From assembly GCA_977017645.1 (NCBI GenBank), contig OZ360227.1, positions 122,636,001-122,700,000 on the forward strand: a DNA stretch of 64,000 nucleotides, given 5' to 3'. Position 1 is the first letter of the stretch, and each line of letters starts with the position of its first letter. Under the pieces are notes generated by a model. That model did no database searches. It was not told where the DNA came from and saw only the letters and a list, made by a program, of their open reading frames with translations. The translations under genes and the position numbers were made by a program. The stretch comes from Torpedo marmorata (taxonomy: Eukaryota). This document shows positions 11,809-23,905 of the stretch, in pieces.

Positions 11809-12490
11809 AACATGGACAAGACAAAGGAGATGATAGTGGACTTCAGGAGGACGAAAGATCACTCCCCACTACATATCAATGGTTCCATGGTGGAGCCATT
11901 TAAAGGACGACCTATCCTGGACCAACAACACCTCCTCATTAGTCAGGAAGGTGCAACAGTGCCTACACCTCCTGAGGAGGTTGAGAAGGGCAAGGCTACC
12001 GGCCACCATCCCAACAACTTTCTACAGGAGCACAATAGACACTGTCTTGGCTAGCTACATCATAGTGTGGTGTGGTAGCTGCAAAGCATCAGATCAGAGG
12101 TCAATACAAAAGGTGATTAAAACTGCTAATAAGATCACTGGGGTCTCCCTTCCCTCTATTAATGATATCTACAGGATGCAGTGCTTAAGGAGGGCTCAGA
12201 GAATCGTTCAGGACCCTTATGATCCAGCCCACAGTCTCTTTGAGACTTCTCCTTCAAGGAAGAGGTAAACAGCTTCTTCCTACAGGTGGTGTGACCGTTG
12301 AAAAATCCCGTAAATTAGTTTTATATAAATTTATTTTGAATATTTTGGTTCGCTACGTATATGTGTCGTTTGTGTGTAGGAGTACTATGTGTCTGTGTGT
12401 GTGCACTATGGTCCAGAGATACACTTGTTTTGTCGGGTTGTATATGTACATATATGTACAATCAGATGACAATGAACTTAAACTTGAAAT
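11808..12490 (+). mobile_element. Rex1/Babar LINE 3' fragment
   Basis: [39 protein letters not shown]; AAACTTGAA-like tail. Confidence 0.8.
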
Positions 12491-12653
12491 GTCTGATCCA
12501 ATGATGGAAAGAAATTATTGATGAAGGAGTTGAAAATGATGAACAATTCCTGCTGATGTGATCACAACTGCTTGAATGCAAAGTTTGCCCCAATCAATGA
12601 AGGGCTTTCCCACTTTTAGTCCTGTTTTAACAGGGTTAACAAGGTTTCTGATG

Positions 12654-13516
12654 TGTTACAAAATCAAACCAGCAACGACAGAAGACGCAATGCAAAAGGG
12701 GTAAAATTGAAATTTATATTTATTAAAGACAATTAAACATATAATTTCACAACAATTAACCCCACTATAAACATCTATAAACACTATTCTTATCTAAAAG
12801 GTGTGTGTGTGTGTGTGTGTGTGTGTAATGCCCAGACCATTACAGTCTGTGCCAAACACTCATGTAAAAATGGAAAAACCTTCCCCAAAAACCCCAGGTC
12901 AGTCATAAAAACAAGTCAGTCAAAAATTCACTCTCTAAGTTCAGGTTACAAATTCAGCTCTGTGTGCTGGTAGAAGGACTTTTCAATGAACGTTGGAGAG
13001 AGACAATGACTGTTTACGCTTACGAATACTTGGCTTGTTTTTTTCTTCTCTGATGACTTTCCCTTTTGGTAGAAATTCATGAGGATTGCGACTCCAAATC
13101 AGTATACCACTGATTGAGGCATGTGCTTGGATCTCACAGCTGGTCTCGCTGATCTCACGCCTGTTCTCCACAAAAGTTGCTTTAACTCAGGATTTCTCTG
13201 AGACAGGAGGCCATGTGCTATTCTTCCAGCCTTTTCTCTGGGATGCACAAGCCTGGATTTTGCTGTGTTCTCTAGCCTTTGCAACTCCAAACTGTCTGCT
13301 TTTTGCAGAGGTCTGCACCTGCCTTTGCAAAAGTGCAACAAAGTATCTTTTCAACAGCCTGTCCCTCTCTGGTCTCTCTCTCTCTCTCTCTCTCTGGATA
13401 CACCAAGTCCTGGGCAAGTTAACTCTTTCAGTTCCTGGTCCCAGTGTGTACTCCAAAAGACTTCATCCTTCCTGCTGACCGTCCGCAGCCCAAATGGTCA
13501 GTCATGGTCCATAACA
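12654..13516 (-). repeat. 3' LTR of element A
   Basis: TGTTACA...CATAACA; direct repeat of 17495-18349; contains (TG)n and (CT)n; PPT-like GTGGGTGGGAGG adjacent on the minus strand. Confidence 0.95.
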
Positions 13517-13648
13517 CCTCCCACCCACAAAGAAAATTTTGGTCAGCAAGAACAAAATTTTGGAAATTACTTGAGGTGTCACAATATAAACAAAACCCAC
13601 AATGTTCATCCACAAATACAAGATATGAACTATTTTCATTGATAAAGT

Positions 13649-16600
13649 TTAACATCTAGAAAGACAATCAGCAATTACATTATCTTTCCCTTTTATATGT
13701 GTTATTACCAAATCATATTCTTACAAAATTAGACTCCAATTCAACAACCGTCGATTCTTATTTTTCATTTTACAAAGAAAAACCAATGGATTATGGTCAG
13801 TATACACTATGAGTGGTTTTTGAGCTGTACAGATATACACATCAAAGTGTTGTAGAGCCAACACAAGAGCCAACAACTCTTTTTCTATGGTTGAATAATT
13901 CCTTTGATGATCATTGAACTTTTTCGAGAAGTAGGATACCGGATGGTCAATGTCCTCTTTGTTCTTCCTCTGTAACAGCACCGCGCCCACAGCTTCATCG
14001 CTGGCATCCATGGCTAAAGAAAACGGCTGTTCTAAATTAGGTGACTTAAGCACAGGTTGGTGGCATAACATTGCTTTCAATTTGACAAATGCTTCCTGAC
14101 AACCTGTTGACCATACAAATTTCTCTTTCTTTCTAAGCAAATTTGTGAGAGGGAGTGCAAGATCAGCAAAGTTTTTACAGAACTTGCGGTAGTAGCCAAT
14201 CATTCCCAGGAACCTCCTCAGAGTTTTCTTACCAGTTGGAACAGGGAACTCAGAAATAGTCACAACCTTTGCCTCTATTGGCACCAACTTCCCCTGTCCA
14301 ACTACATAACTCAGAGAATTAACAGTCCCATGACCCTCTCTGAAACTGGTTTTATCTGTCTCCTCCTTACCCCTGTCAATAACCAGTACCTCTGGTAAAT
14401 TTTCAGTCCCTTTGTGTGGCACCTGTTCAAAATATAGCTTAATCATATTCACATGACAGACCTGTGTGTCTTGTCTGCGATTAGGTGTTTCTATGACGTA
14501 AGTGACATCATTAATTTTTGACTTAACTCTATAGGGTCCTGAAAATCTAGCCCTAAGATGATTTGAATGGATGGGAAACAGAACTAATACGTTCTCACCA
14601 GGTTTAAAATTCTCAACTTAGCCTTTCGATCATACCAAACCTTTATTCTCTGTTGAGTGGCCTTTAAATTCTCCTTTGCCATCTCACAAGCCCTATTCAA
14701 CTGATCCTTAAATTTGGAAACATAATCTAACAGATTTAAATGCACATCACGATTAATCCACTGTTCTTTTAATAATCTTAAAGGACCTCTCACCTCATGT
14801 CCGAAAACTAACTCGAATGGACTAAAACCAAGTGATTCTTGGACAGACTCCCTCGCTGCAAATAACAACAAATGAACCCCCTCATCCCAATCCTTTTCCT
14901 CCTCACAACAATAGGTTCTAATCATGTTTTTCAAAGTCGAATGGAACCTCTCCAAGGCCCCTTGACTTTCTGGATGGTACGCAGAGGATACAATCTGTTT
15001 AACTCCCAGTCCATCAACCACTTGTTGGAAAACGCCTGACGTGAAATTACTGCCCTGATCTGATTGAATTTCCCTTGGCAAACCTACCAAGGTGAAAAAC
15101 TTTACCATAGCCTTTACAATTGACTTTGCTTTAATGTTTCTCAGAGGAATGGCCTCTGGAAATCTGGTGGCTGCACACATAATTGTTAACAAATACTCCC
15201 TTCTCAAACTGGGCCAATAAAATTGTTTCATTATCTTCCTTATAGTTTTCTTCACCCCAAGGTGACCACCTAAGGGTGTACTATGAGCCAAAGTTATTAT
15301 TGCATCCCTATATACTTTAGGGATCACAACCTGCTGCACTACTGCCCATTCTTCATTGGCAGGAACATCACATGGTCTCCACTTTCTCATCAACACCCCA
15401 TCTTTTTCATAATAACCCACTGGCACCTTGTTAATGTCCTCTTCAGAGAGAACCTTATCCCTCACCTCAGCAAGATCAGGATCGTCCTTTTGCCTTGCTA
15501 TCAGCTCCTGTCGGGATAGTGACAAATCTGTGCCTTTAGGTGTCTTATCAGTGGATGGGTGTAACACAGGAGATTGCTCAACCTTTTCCAGGTTTTCTTG
15601 ATTATCATTGTCTTTTTCTTTCACCAAGTTATTTTCCACTGCCTTCTCTACAGTGACATTTTTCTTAGACATGGCCCTGGTTATGGCACATGCCGGATAA
15701 ATATCAGAGTCTTTCTCTGACTTATCAATGACTGGCTTAGTGGTCATTCGCACTGCAGGAACTACTTTACCCTTCGCCAAGTCATTGCCTAGCAACAGTG
15801 AGACTCCTTCTACTGGCAACTCTGATCTCACTCCTATTATAACTGGTCCTTCCACCAAGTCTGAGTCCAATACTATTTTGTGCAAAGGAATGGACTCAAC
15901 ATCACCACCAATTCCTTTAATTAAATTTATGTCACCGGTGTCAGTAGCTTCACAAAATTCCAAGGCACTATCTAACACAAGTGACTGAGCAGCTCCAGTA
16001 TCTCGCAAGATTTTCACTGGAACTTGTTTTGATCCTGCCTTAACTGAAACAAAACCATCAGTCACAAAAGGTTTAAATACATCTTTACCTTTGTCAGTAA
16101 ATTTATCTCCTTCTTGGGTGTTATGCCTCTTCTCACTCTGAATACAAGCATTAGGTGTTGCATCCTTTTCTCTCTTCTTTTTCAACACTGGACAGCTTGC
16201 TATCATATGACCAGCCTTCCTACAGTAGTGGCAAATGGGACCCGAAGGGTTTTCCCTTTTCCACTTTCCTTCATCCCTTTCCTTAACACTACTTCCAAAT
16301 TTACTTTCCACCTGCTTCTGATTATCCACAGTGACCTTTTGGAAAATTCTACCTGACGTCCACTTAGGCTTGTGGGTTAAAGCATATTCATCTGCTAACT
16401 TAGCTGAATTTTGCCAAGTTTTCACCTCCTTTTCATCTAAGTATGCCTTAATATCCTCAGGAACACACCTTTTTATCTCCTCGATTATTATCAATTCTCT
16501 CAATTGATTGTAATCATTGTTTACTGCCTTAGATGTGCACCACCGGTCAAAACACACAACCTTTTCATAGGCAAACTCTGTGTAAGATTGGGTTGCTGAT

Positions 16601-17363
16601 CTTTTTAAATTTCTAAACTTCTGTCTATAAGCCTCTGGAACTAACTCATAAGCCTGGAGTATAGCCCTTTTCACCGTTTCATAATCAGCAGCTTGCTCCG
16701 TGGTAAGAGTAGAATAAGCTTGCTGAGCTTTTCCTTTTATTACACTTTGTAACATAAGAGACCATTGGTCTTGTGGCCATTTTAATTTCACAGCCACCTT
16801 CTCAAAATGTTGAAAGTACTTATCTATTTCTGCCTCCTCAAATGGAGGAACCAACCTAACTTCTCTACTAGCCAAAAACCCACAACTGGATGATGAATTT
16901 GATCTTGGTGCTCTTCTTGTTCCCCTAATTTTCCAACTTTATCTTTTCCAGCATATATCTCCTATTTCTCTCATCGTTCTCGTGTCTCTTTAGTTCCAAT
17001 TCCGTGTCTAATTTCTTTTGTTCCCTGGCTGCCTCCAATTCTAATTTCTTTTGTTCCCTGGCTGCCTCCAATTCCAATTTTCTTTGTTCCAATTCCCTGT
17101 TCTTTTGTTCCAATTCCAATTTCTTTATTTGCAATTGTATGTTTTCAGAAGGTTTACCCTTGGGAAACTGCTCGAACACGCTCTGCTCAAACTTTTTTTC
17201 TTTTATGTAGTATTTGACCATTTTTCTCCCAATCTCTGCCTTTTTCATAGATGATTTTACTGAAGCAATGCCCAACCCTGTTGCTATAGCCACTAACTGT
17301 TCCTTTTTTGCCTTTTTTAAAGTATCAGGTTCAGGTGATTCCAAAAAAATGTTCTACATCCAT
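13649..17363 (-). pseudogene. gag-pol: gag-pol of element A: coiled-coil N-terminus, SCAN-like region, CCHC knuckle, protease, partial integrase, RNase H; RT absent
   Basis: ORFs 16925-17344, 14584-16875 (YELVPEAYRQKFR, CHYCRKAGHMIASC, LRDTGA, SDQGSNF) and 13721-14452 (MDASD, EKELL, YTDHNPL); ATG at 17363. Confidence 0.9.
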
Positions 17364-17472
17364 TGTTGCTGGTTTTTCATTACACACACACTAGCTTTTA
17401 ATTAGCTTTACAAAAAGAATGTCTTAAACCAAACTGGGATTCCTTCAATTACCAAGATGGATTTTGATTCAA

Positions 17473-17490
17473 ATCCCGGGCGAGCCCCCA
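17473..17490 (-). promoter_or_regulatory. Primer binding site, tRNA-Pro
   Basis: TGGGGGCTCGCCCGGGAT, one mismatch to the canonical PBS-Pro TGGGGGCTCGTCCGGGAT, 4 nt inside the 5' LTR boundary. Confidence 0.9.
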
Positions 17491-17494
17491 ATTT

Positions 17495-18349
17495 TGTTAC
17501 AAAATCAAACCAGCAACGACAGAAGACGCAATGCAAAAGGGGTAAAATTTAAATTTATATTTATTAAAGACAATTAACCCCACTTTTAACGTCTATAAAC
17601 ACTATTCTTATCTAAAAGGTGTGTGTGTGTGTGTGTGTGTAAAGCCCAGACCATTACAGTCTGTGCCAAACCCTCATGTAAAAATGGAAAAACCTTCCCC
17701 AAAAACTCCAGGTCAGTCATAAAAACAAGTCAGTCAAAAAATATAATACAGTCCACAAAAATTCACTCTCTAAGTTCAGGTTCCAAATTCAGCTCTGTGT
17801 GCTGGTAGAAGGACTTTTCAATGAACGTTGGAGAGAGACAATGACTGTTTATGCTTACGAATACTTGGCTTGTTTTTTCCATCTCTGATGACTTTCCCTT
17901 TTGGTAGAAATTCATGAGGATCGCGACTCCAAATCAGTATACCACTGATTGAGGCGTGTGCTTGGATCTCACAGCTGGTCTCGCTGATCTCACGCCTGTT
18001 CTCCACAAAAGTTGCTTTAACTCAGGATTTCTCTGAAACAGGAGGCCATGAGCTATTCTTCCAGCCTTTTCTCTGGGATGCACAAGCCTGGATTTTGCTG
18101 TGTTCTCTAGCCTTTGCAACTCCAAACTGCCTGCTTTTTGCAGAGGTCTGCACCTGCTTTTGCAAAAGTGCAACAAAGTACCTTTTCCACAGCCTGTCCC
18201 TCTCTGGTCTCTCTCTCTCTCTCTCTCTGGGTACACCAAGTCCTGGGCAAGTTAACTCTTTCAGTACCTGGTCCCAGTGTGTACTCCAAAAGACTTCATC
18301 CTTCCTACTGACCGTCTGCAGTCCAAATGGTCAGTCATGGTCCATAACA
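17495..18349 (-). repeat. 5' LTR of element A
   Basis: Direct repeat of 12654-13516, adjacent to the PBS. Confidence 0.95.
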
Positions 18350-18659
18350 GATGCTTCACTTGGTCAAATGTCACAGGCTATCACCTCTTCACTGGAATTC
18401 AACTCCTCTGTTTACGTTCTCACAAATGTTGTAATGAGGTCCATACCTGAATGGTTCAAGTGATGCAGCTTGGCTACATGACCTAAATGTTTTGGGACCC
18501 CATTATAGTTGTTGGATTCAGGTCAGGTATAAAAAGTTCCTCAGATTTAGGTGGGATTAGCTGGCTTTTTATAAATAAATGCACTGTTTTTTAGGATCTG
18601 CTGTACCTCTTTTTGCAAAGATTTTCTTTTTTACCTAAAGGGATTACATCTTCTGTTGT

Positions 18660-19410
18660 GCTGTTGAATGTAAACAGCTCAAGGAAAGGCCAAGGGACCA
18701 TACACCTGTCTTCATTGGCAGGACAGAGGTGGAAAGGATAAGTTAGTTCATGTTTTTGAGCATTCCCCCAGAGGAGGACCTCTTCTGGGACCAGCACACT
18801 GAAGCAATGTCTCTAATTTCTCAGCAGTCTGAGAAGATTTGACATGTTGTCAAATTCTCTATGGGTGCACTATGGTAAGTACACTAACTGGTTGCATCGT
18901 GGCCTTGTTTGGAACTTTGAGTGTCTGGGAACACAAAAGGCTGCAGAATCACCTAGCCAAGTTCATCATGGGCACCGACCTCCCATCCATTGAAGACATC
19001 CATGGAAGGTGCTACCTCAAGAAAGCAGCCAACATCATAAAGGATCCCCATCACGCTAGTCACTCTCTCTTTCTGCTGCTACCTTCAGGCAGGATAGGGC
19101 ACCTCTAGGTTCGAGAACATTTTTTTTCCCAATAGCTATCAGGGTATTGCACCTTCCTGTGCGACCCTAATCCAGGACCACCAAAGATCTGCATAATTAT
19201 AACTTGATTTTTATTTTTGGACAGTCTATGACTCTGAAATATTTATCTACCCTTTTATGTACACAATCTTTTTTTCTCTCTTGCAGGGTAATTTAATTTT
19301 CTCTTATTGTTTGTTGGTGTGTTTTATGTACTTGTGTAACTGCAGCTAGCAAGAATTTCAGTGCATCTGGACACATACATATAACAATACACTATCATCA
19401 TCATCATCAT
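18660..19410 (+). mobile_element. Degraded Rex1/Babar LINE 3' fragment, (ATC)n tail
   Basis: GTDLPSIEDI..YLKKAANIIKDPHHASHSLFLLLPSGR. Confidence 0.75.
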
Positions 19411-20012
19411 ACAAGCAAAAGCTATGTTGCAAGTGGCTTGGTAAGATATTGTACTCTGTAAAGCTCACCACTGCAACTCTCAATTGCCACATGCATTGAA
19501 CCAGCTTCTAATTACCATAGTGCGTCTTGGATTGACTGTGCAGCCAAAAATTTTAAGACTAGAATGCAGCTATCTGTTGTGCTGTTATCATAAAGTCACG
19601 ATTAATTGGACTGAGGGTAGAGCAGGGTTTTGGAATGGATTTGGTATGGTGATGGAGGACCATAGTTGAGCAAAAGGTACATTTCTGGTAGTGTGGCTAT
19701 GTTAGGCTATTGCCTGACTAGTCTTTGAACTGCTTTCCCAATTTTGGTACCAGCTGCAAGACTGACTGGGCTGGCAGTCACTTTGTCATATCAATAACGA
19801 GGTTGTATGGATTCATTGTCATTTCATTGGTTAATGACCAAAATTTGATGTAAATTATCATAGTTCACTGTCAATCACATTGCGTGAGTCTACAATCATT
19901 TATAACCAGACTGAGTAAAGTTGGAATTGGGCTCCAGATGACAACCGGGACCACAACTGTTCTCGGCAGGAGAAAATATGCAAATCTGTCCTGAATGCAA
20001 TGAGTCACCTTT

Positions 20013-20366
20013 ACCCCTTTTACACAGTGATCCCATTTAATTGGCATGTGAACGACCGGTGTTTAAAGCCAGCTCGGGTCATTCACACCGAACCAAGAAA
20101 AGCCGGGTCAGTGCGACCTTTTACATAGGAACCCGGCATCCCGGTGCAAAAGGAGGCGGGACCTGCAGCATTACAGCGTCGGCGTCCTGGGAAGGCGGGT
20201 AAGCCTTTTACACAGGAGCTGATGCGTTTCACATCGCCCCTGATACTACCTACCTTGCCGAGTAATTACTGGGATGAAAATGACCCCCCATCCCGCGTTC
20301 ATACAGATAAGTGAAGCGGTTAAAATGAAGTTAAATCTCGTTTTTTAAGGGCAGTGTAAAAGGGCC
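20013..20366. mobile_element. Probable PIF/Harbinger-like MITE
   Basis: Imperfect TIRs CCCTTTTACAC / GTGTAAAAGGG, internal CCTTTTACA repeats, CpG-rich body; TSD not clear. Confidence 0.5.
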
Positions 20367-20424
20367 AAGAAAAACTCTTCAGTAGCTACAGATAAAAAAA
20401 ATTACTAGGGCATCAAAAAAAAAA

Positions 20425-20645
20425 GAAGAAAACTACAGATGCTAGAGCTTTGAAGTAAAAACTGAGGCTTCTGGAAAATCTCAGCAGGTCAGACAGATTT
20501 AGTGAAGATAGAAGCTGAGTTAATGTTTCAGGTTGATAACTTTTCTTCAATGACAGTTTTGATGAGAGATCATCAATCCGAAACATTAATTCAGTTTCTC
20601 TTTCCACAGATACTGCCTGATCTGCTACTTCCAGAATTCACTGCA
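20425..20645. mobile_element. Old inverted pair of Penelope/hammerhead terminal repeats
   Basis: Minus arm TTGAAGA...GAAAC, plus arm TTGATGA...GAAAC, each followed by a GA(C/T)CTGCT-type tail. Confidence 0.55.
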
Positions 20646-20799
20646 CGGATATATTTTTTACTCAATACTAAATAGAAAATACTGCTGTTTTTAAAGTAAA
20701 AATGAATGGGAGGTTTTTACACACCATGATTCATCTGAACCAGTTAGCTAACTTATGCTGCTAATAGAAAAGTCATAAGACCACCATTTTAAATTTTAA

Positions 20800-21015
20800 A
20801 AAAAATGATTTACAACACAGTAGAAACTGATTCTGGTCATTTAAACCCGTGCCACCCAATTATTCCCAAATTAACCTCAACCCTGTACATTTTGGAGGGT
20901 GGGAAGAAACCGGAGCACCCGGAGGAAACCCACGCAGACACAGGAAGAATGTACAAACTCTTTACAGAGTTCGGGTCACAGGTGCTGTAAAAGTGTCGCA
21001 CTAACCACCAGGCAA
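20800..21015 (-). mobile_element. tRNA-derived V-SINE (HE1-like)
   Basis: V-domain GTCTGCGTGGGTTTCCTCCGGGTGCTCCGGTTTCTTCCCAC; A-box-like TGGTTAG. Confidence 0.8.
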
Positions 21016-21334
21016 AACGTTACACAATGGATCTGATCAAATAAATTCAGGTATATGAAAACTAAATGTTTCAGATGTTGCAAATCTGAAATGTCATGAA
21101 AATGCTGGAAATATTCAAAGGCCCGGTGATATCTAATATCAGACAAACAGGGTTTAGTCCTTGCATCAGTGATGGTGATAGATATTGTCAAAGTTCATAA
21201 TGAGATGATTTCATATATATGAATATGATAGAAAAATTAGCTTGTATATTTTAAATAGGGGAATTTCTAGTACAGAATGAAACTGAACAAACAGGCACAT
21301 GGGAAGAGTATGACTTTGCTTTAAATTCTAGCTT

Positions 21335-22630
21335 TAGATTTTCCTACCCTGGGAAAAAGGTTATGACCATCTTATCTATGCCCCCCGTGACTTTATAAAC
21401 CTCTCTAAGGTTCCCACTTATCCCGCTATGCTACAGGGAGAAAAGTCCCAACCTCTCCATATAATTCAAACCAACCAGCCCTGGTAACATCCTTATGAAT
21501 CTTTTCTTCAACCTTTCCAACTTAAAGATAGCTTTCCTATAGCTGGGTAACAAGAACTGCACACAATACTCCAATTGTAGCCTCACCATCATCTTGTGCA
21601 GTTTTAACATGATGGCCCTGCTCCTTGACCAGTGAAGGCATGTGCACTAAATGCCTTCTTCACCATCCTGTCTATTTGCATTGCCACTTTCATGGAACTA
21701 TGCCCCTGAACTGCCAAGTCTCTTTGGTTCTGCAACACTCCCTTGGGCCCTACCATTCACTGTGTTAGTCCTGCCTTAGTATAAACTATCAAAGTGCAAC
21801 ACCTTGCACTTGTCCAAGTTAATTCCATCTGCCATGACTTGACTAATTTTCCCAATTCATCTAATCAGTGGTTTTCAAACTGCACCCCTAAACTCACATT
21901 CCACCTTAAGCAATCCTTATGCCATAAGTGCTCTGTGATTAGTAAGGGATTGCTTAAGGTGGTATGTGAGTGGAAAGAAAAAGGTTTGAAAACCACTGTT
22001 TTAATCATACCTAATTGACTCGTTATGTGCAGAGTTTCATAACTCCAAAGGTTAATGGCCAATGGCAATTTTTCTGAAGCAAAATATTTCTGTAACAATT
22101 GGGTCTAGAGCAATGGTTCTCAACCTTCCCTTCCCACTCACATACCACCTTAAGCAATCCTTTACCAATCACAGAGCACTTATGGTATAGGGATCGCTTA
22201 AGGTGGAATGTGAGTTTAGGGGGGCAGTTTGAAAACCACTGATACAGAAACAACTGTGGACCCAGCACTGATCCTTTACGCACACCACTGATCACAGACC
22301 TCCAATCTGAGTAAACATTCTTCACTGCCACCCTCTGTCTCCTACCTTCAAGCCAATTCCAGTTGACAAGATCACCCTGGTTCCCATGTGATCTGACCTT
22401 GCAGATCAGCCAACCATATGAGATAATTACAAAGGCCTTATTAAAGTTCAGATGGACAACATCTATCACTGTGACCTCATCAATATTCTTAGTCACCTCT
22501 TCAAAAAAATTCAATCAAATTTGTGAGACACAATTTCCCACACACAGAGCCATGCTGACTATCCCAAATCAATTCTTGCTTTTCCAAATGCAAGCAGATC
22601 TCAGAATCCCCTCTAGCTATTTACCCAGAA
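21335..22630 (-). mobile_element. CR1 LINE RT fragment interrupted by a hAT composite
   Basis: FFEEVTKNID..DVVHLNFNKAF..SGVRKGSVLGPQLF. Confidence 0.8.
21866..22241. mobile_element. Composite of two inverted ~131-bp hAT-Charlie-like MITE units (21866-21998, 22111-22241)
   Basis: TIRs CAGTGGTTTTCAAAC / GTTTGAAAACCACTG; unit 2 is the reverse complement of unit 1 and is preceded by the Charlie-type target GTCTAGAG. Confidence 0.8.
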
Positions 22631-22634
22631 ATAG

Positions 22635-23660
22635 CAAAAAGTTCAAAGTTCAAATTTATTGTCAGAGTACATATATGACATCACATACAACCCTGACATT
22701 CTTTTTCCTATGGGCCAGGCAGAATTTCTACTTAACGGTAACTGTAAACTGTACTCAAGAGAAAGGTACGTACACAAGAGAGAAATGCAAACAAAGAAAG
22801 AAATGTAAAAATCTGACTGTGCAATACATAAAAAATAAATATTCAGTAATTAATAGTGTGCAAAGTAAGAGTCCTTAAATGAGTCTCCGATTGAGTCTGT
22901 TATTTAGGAGTCTGATGGCGGAGGGGTAACAATTGGTGGTATGAGTCTTGTTGCATCTATCCCGCTTTTCTGATGGCAGCAGCAAGAACAGAGCATGACC
23001 TGGGTGCTGTGGTTCCTTGATGATTGCTGCTGCTCTCCCACAGCAGCATTCCATGTAGATTTTCTCGATAGTAGGGAGAGTTTTGCCTGTGACGTCCTGG
23101 GCTGCATCCACTTCCTTTTGTAGGGCTTTTCGCTCAGAGACATTGGTACCCTCGTACCAGGCCGTGATGCAGCTGGTTATCACACATTCCACTACACATC
23201 AGTAGAAGTTTGCCAAGGTTTTCGATGTCCTACCAAATCTCCGCAAACTCCTTAGGAAGTAGAGGCACTGACATGTTTTCTTCATGATGATATTAGTAAG
23301 TTGGGTCCAGGAAAGGTCCTCCGAGATAGTGACTCCCAGGAATTTAAATTTGCTCACCCTCTCCACCTCTGATTCCCTTATGATCACTGGATTGTACACT
23401 TCCAGTTTTCCCTTCCTGCAGCCTACAATCATCTGCTTGGTTTTCGTGCCATTGAGTGAAAGGTTGTTTTCAATACACCATTCAGCCAAGTTTTCAATCT
23501 CCTTCCTTGTTATACTGCCCCAACTGTGGTATCATCATCAAATTTGTAAATTGTGTTGTTATTGTACCGAGCCACACAGTCATAGGTGTAAAGCGAATAG
23601 AGCAGGGGCTAAGTATGCAGCCCTGTGGTGCTTCGGTACTGATGGAGATTGTGGAGGAGA
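22635..23660 (-). mobile_element. Rex1/Babar LINE, 5'-truncated, (TTTGAAC)n tail
   Basis: FKFLGVTISEDLSW, CITAWYEG, HPGHALFLLLPS. Confidence 0.85.
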
Positions 23661-23905
23661 TGAAAGATGGCAGTTCACTGGTCTGCAGTTCCCTGTCTTA
23701 TACTTACAGCATTATTAAAATAAAGGCACATCATTAGCCATCTTCCTGTGCTCCACAACAATGCAAACATCTCCTGTAATTTCTTACCCAGCTTCCAATA
23801 ATGTCCAAGGATACACTTGATCAGGCATTTATCTACCTTTATGCATTTTAATATCTCCATCACCTCCTCGTCTGTAATGTGGACTACCTTCAATATGCTA
23901 TTTAC

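Larger units (their letters stand above)
12654..18349 (-). mobile_element. Gmr1-like Ty3/gypsy LTR retrotransposon A, two LTRs, internally deleted (non-autonomous)
   Basis: Paired LTRs with TG...CA ends; 4-bp TSD GATG (12650-12653, 18350-18353); tRNA-Pro PBS; PPT; gag-PR-IN-RH coding. Confidence 0.95.

Noticed and set aside
12983-13659. Short ORFs repeated at 17818-18463 and 29817-30336
   Set aside because: Incidental frames within LTR copies, not consistently preserved among the three
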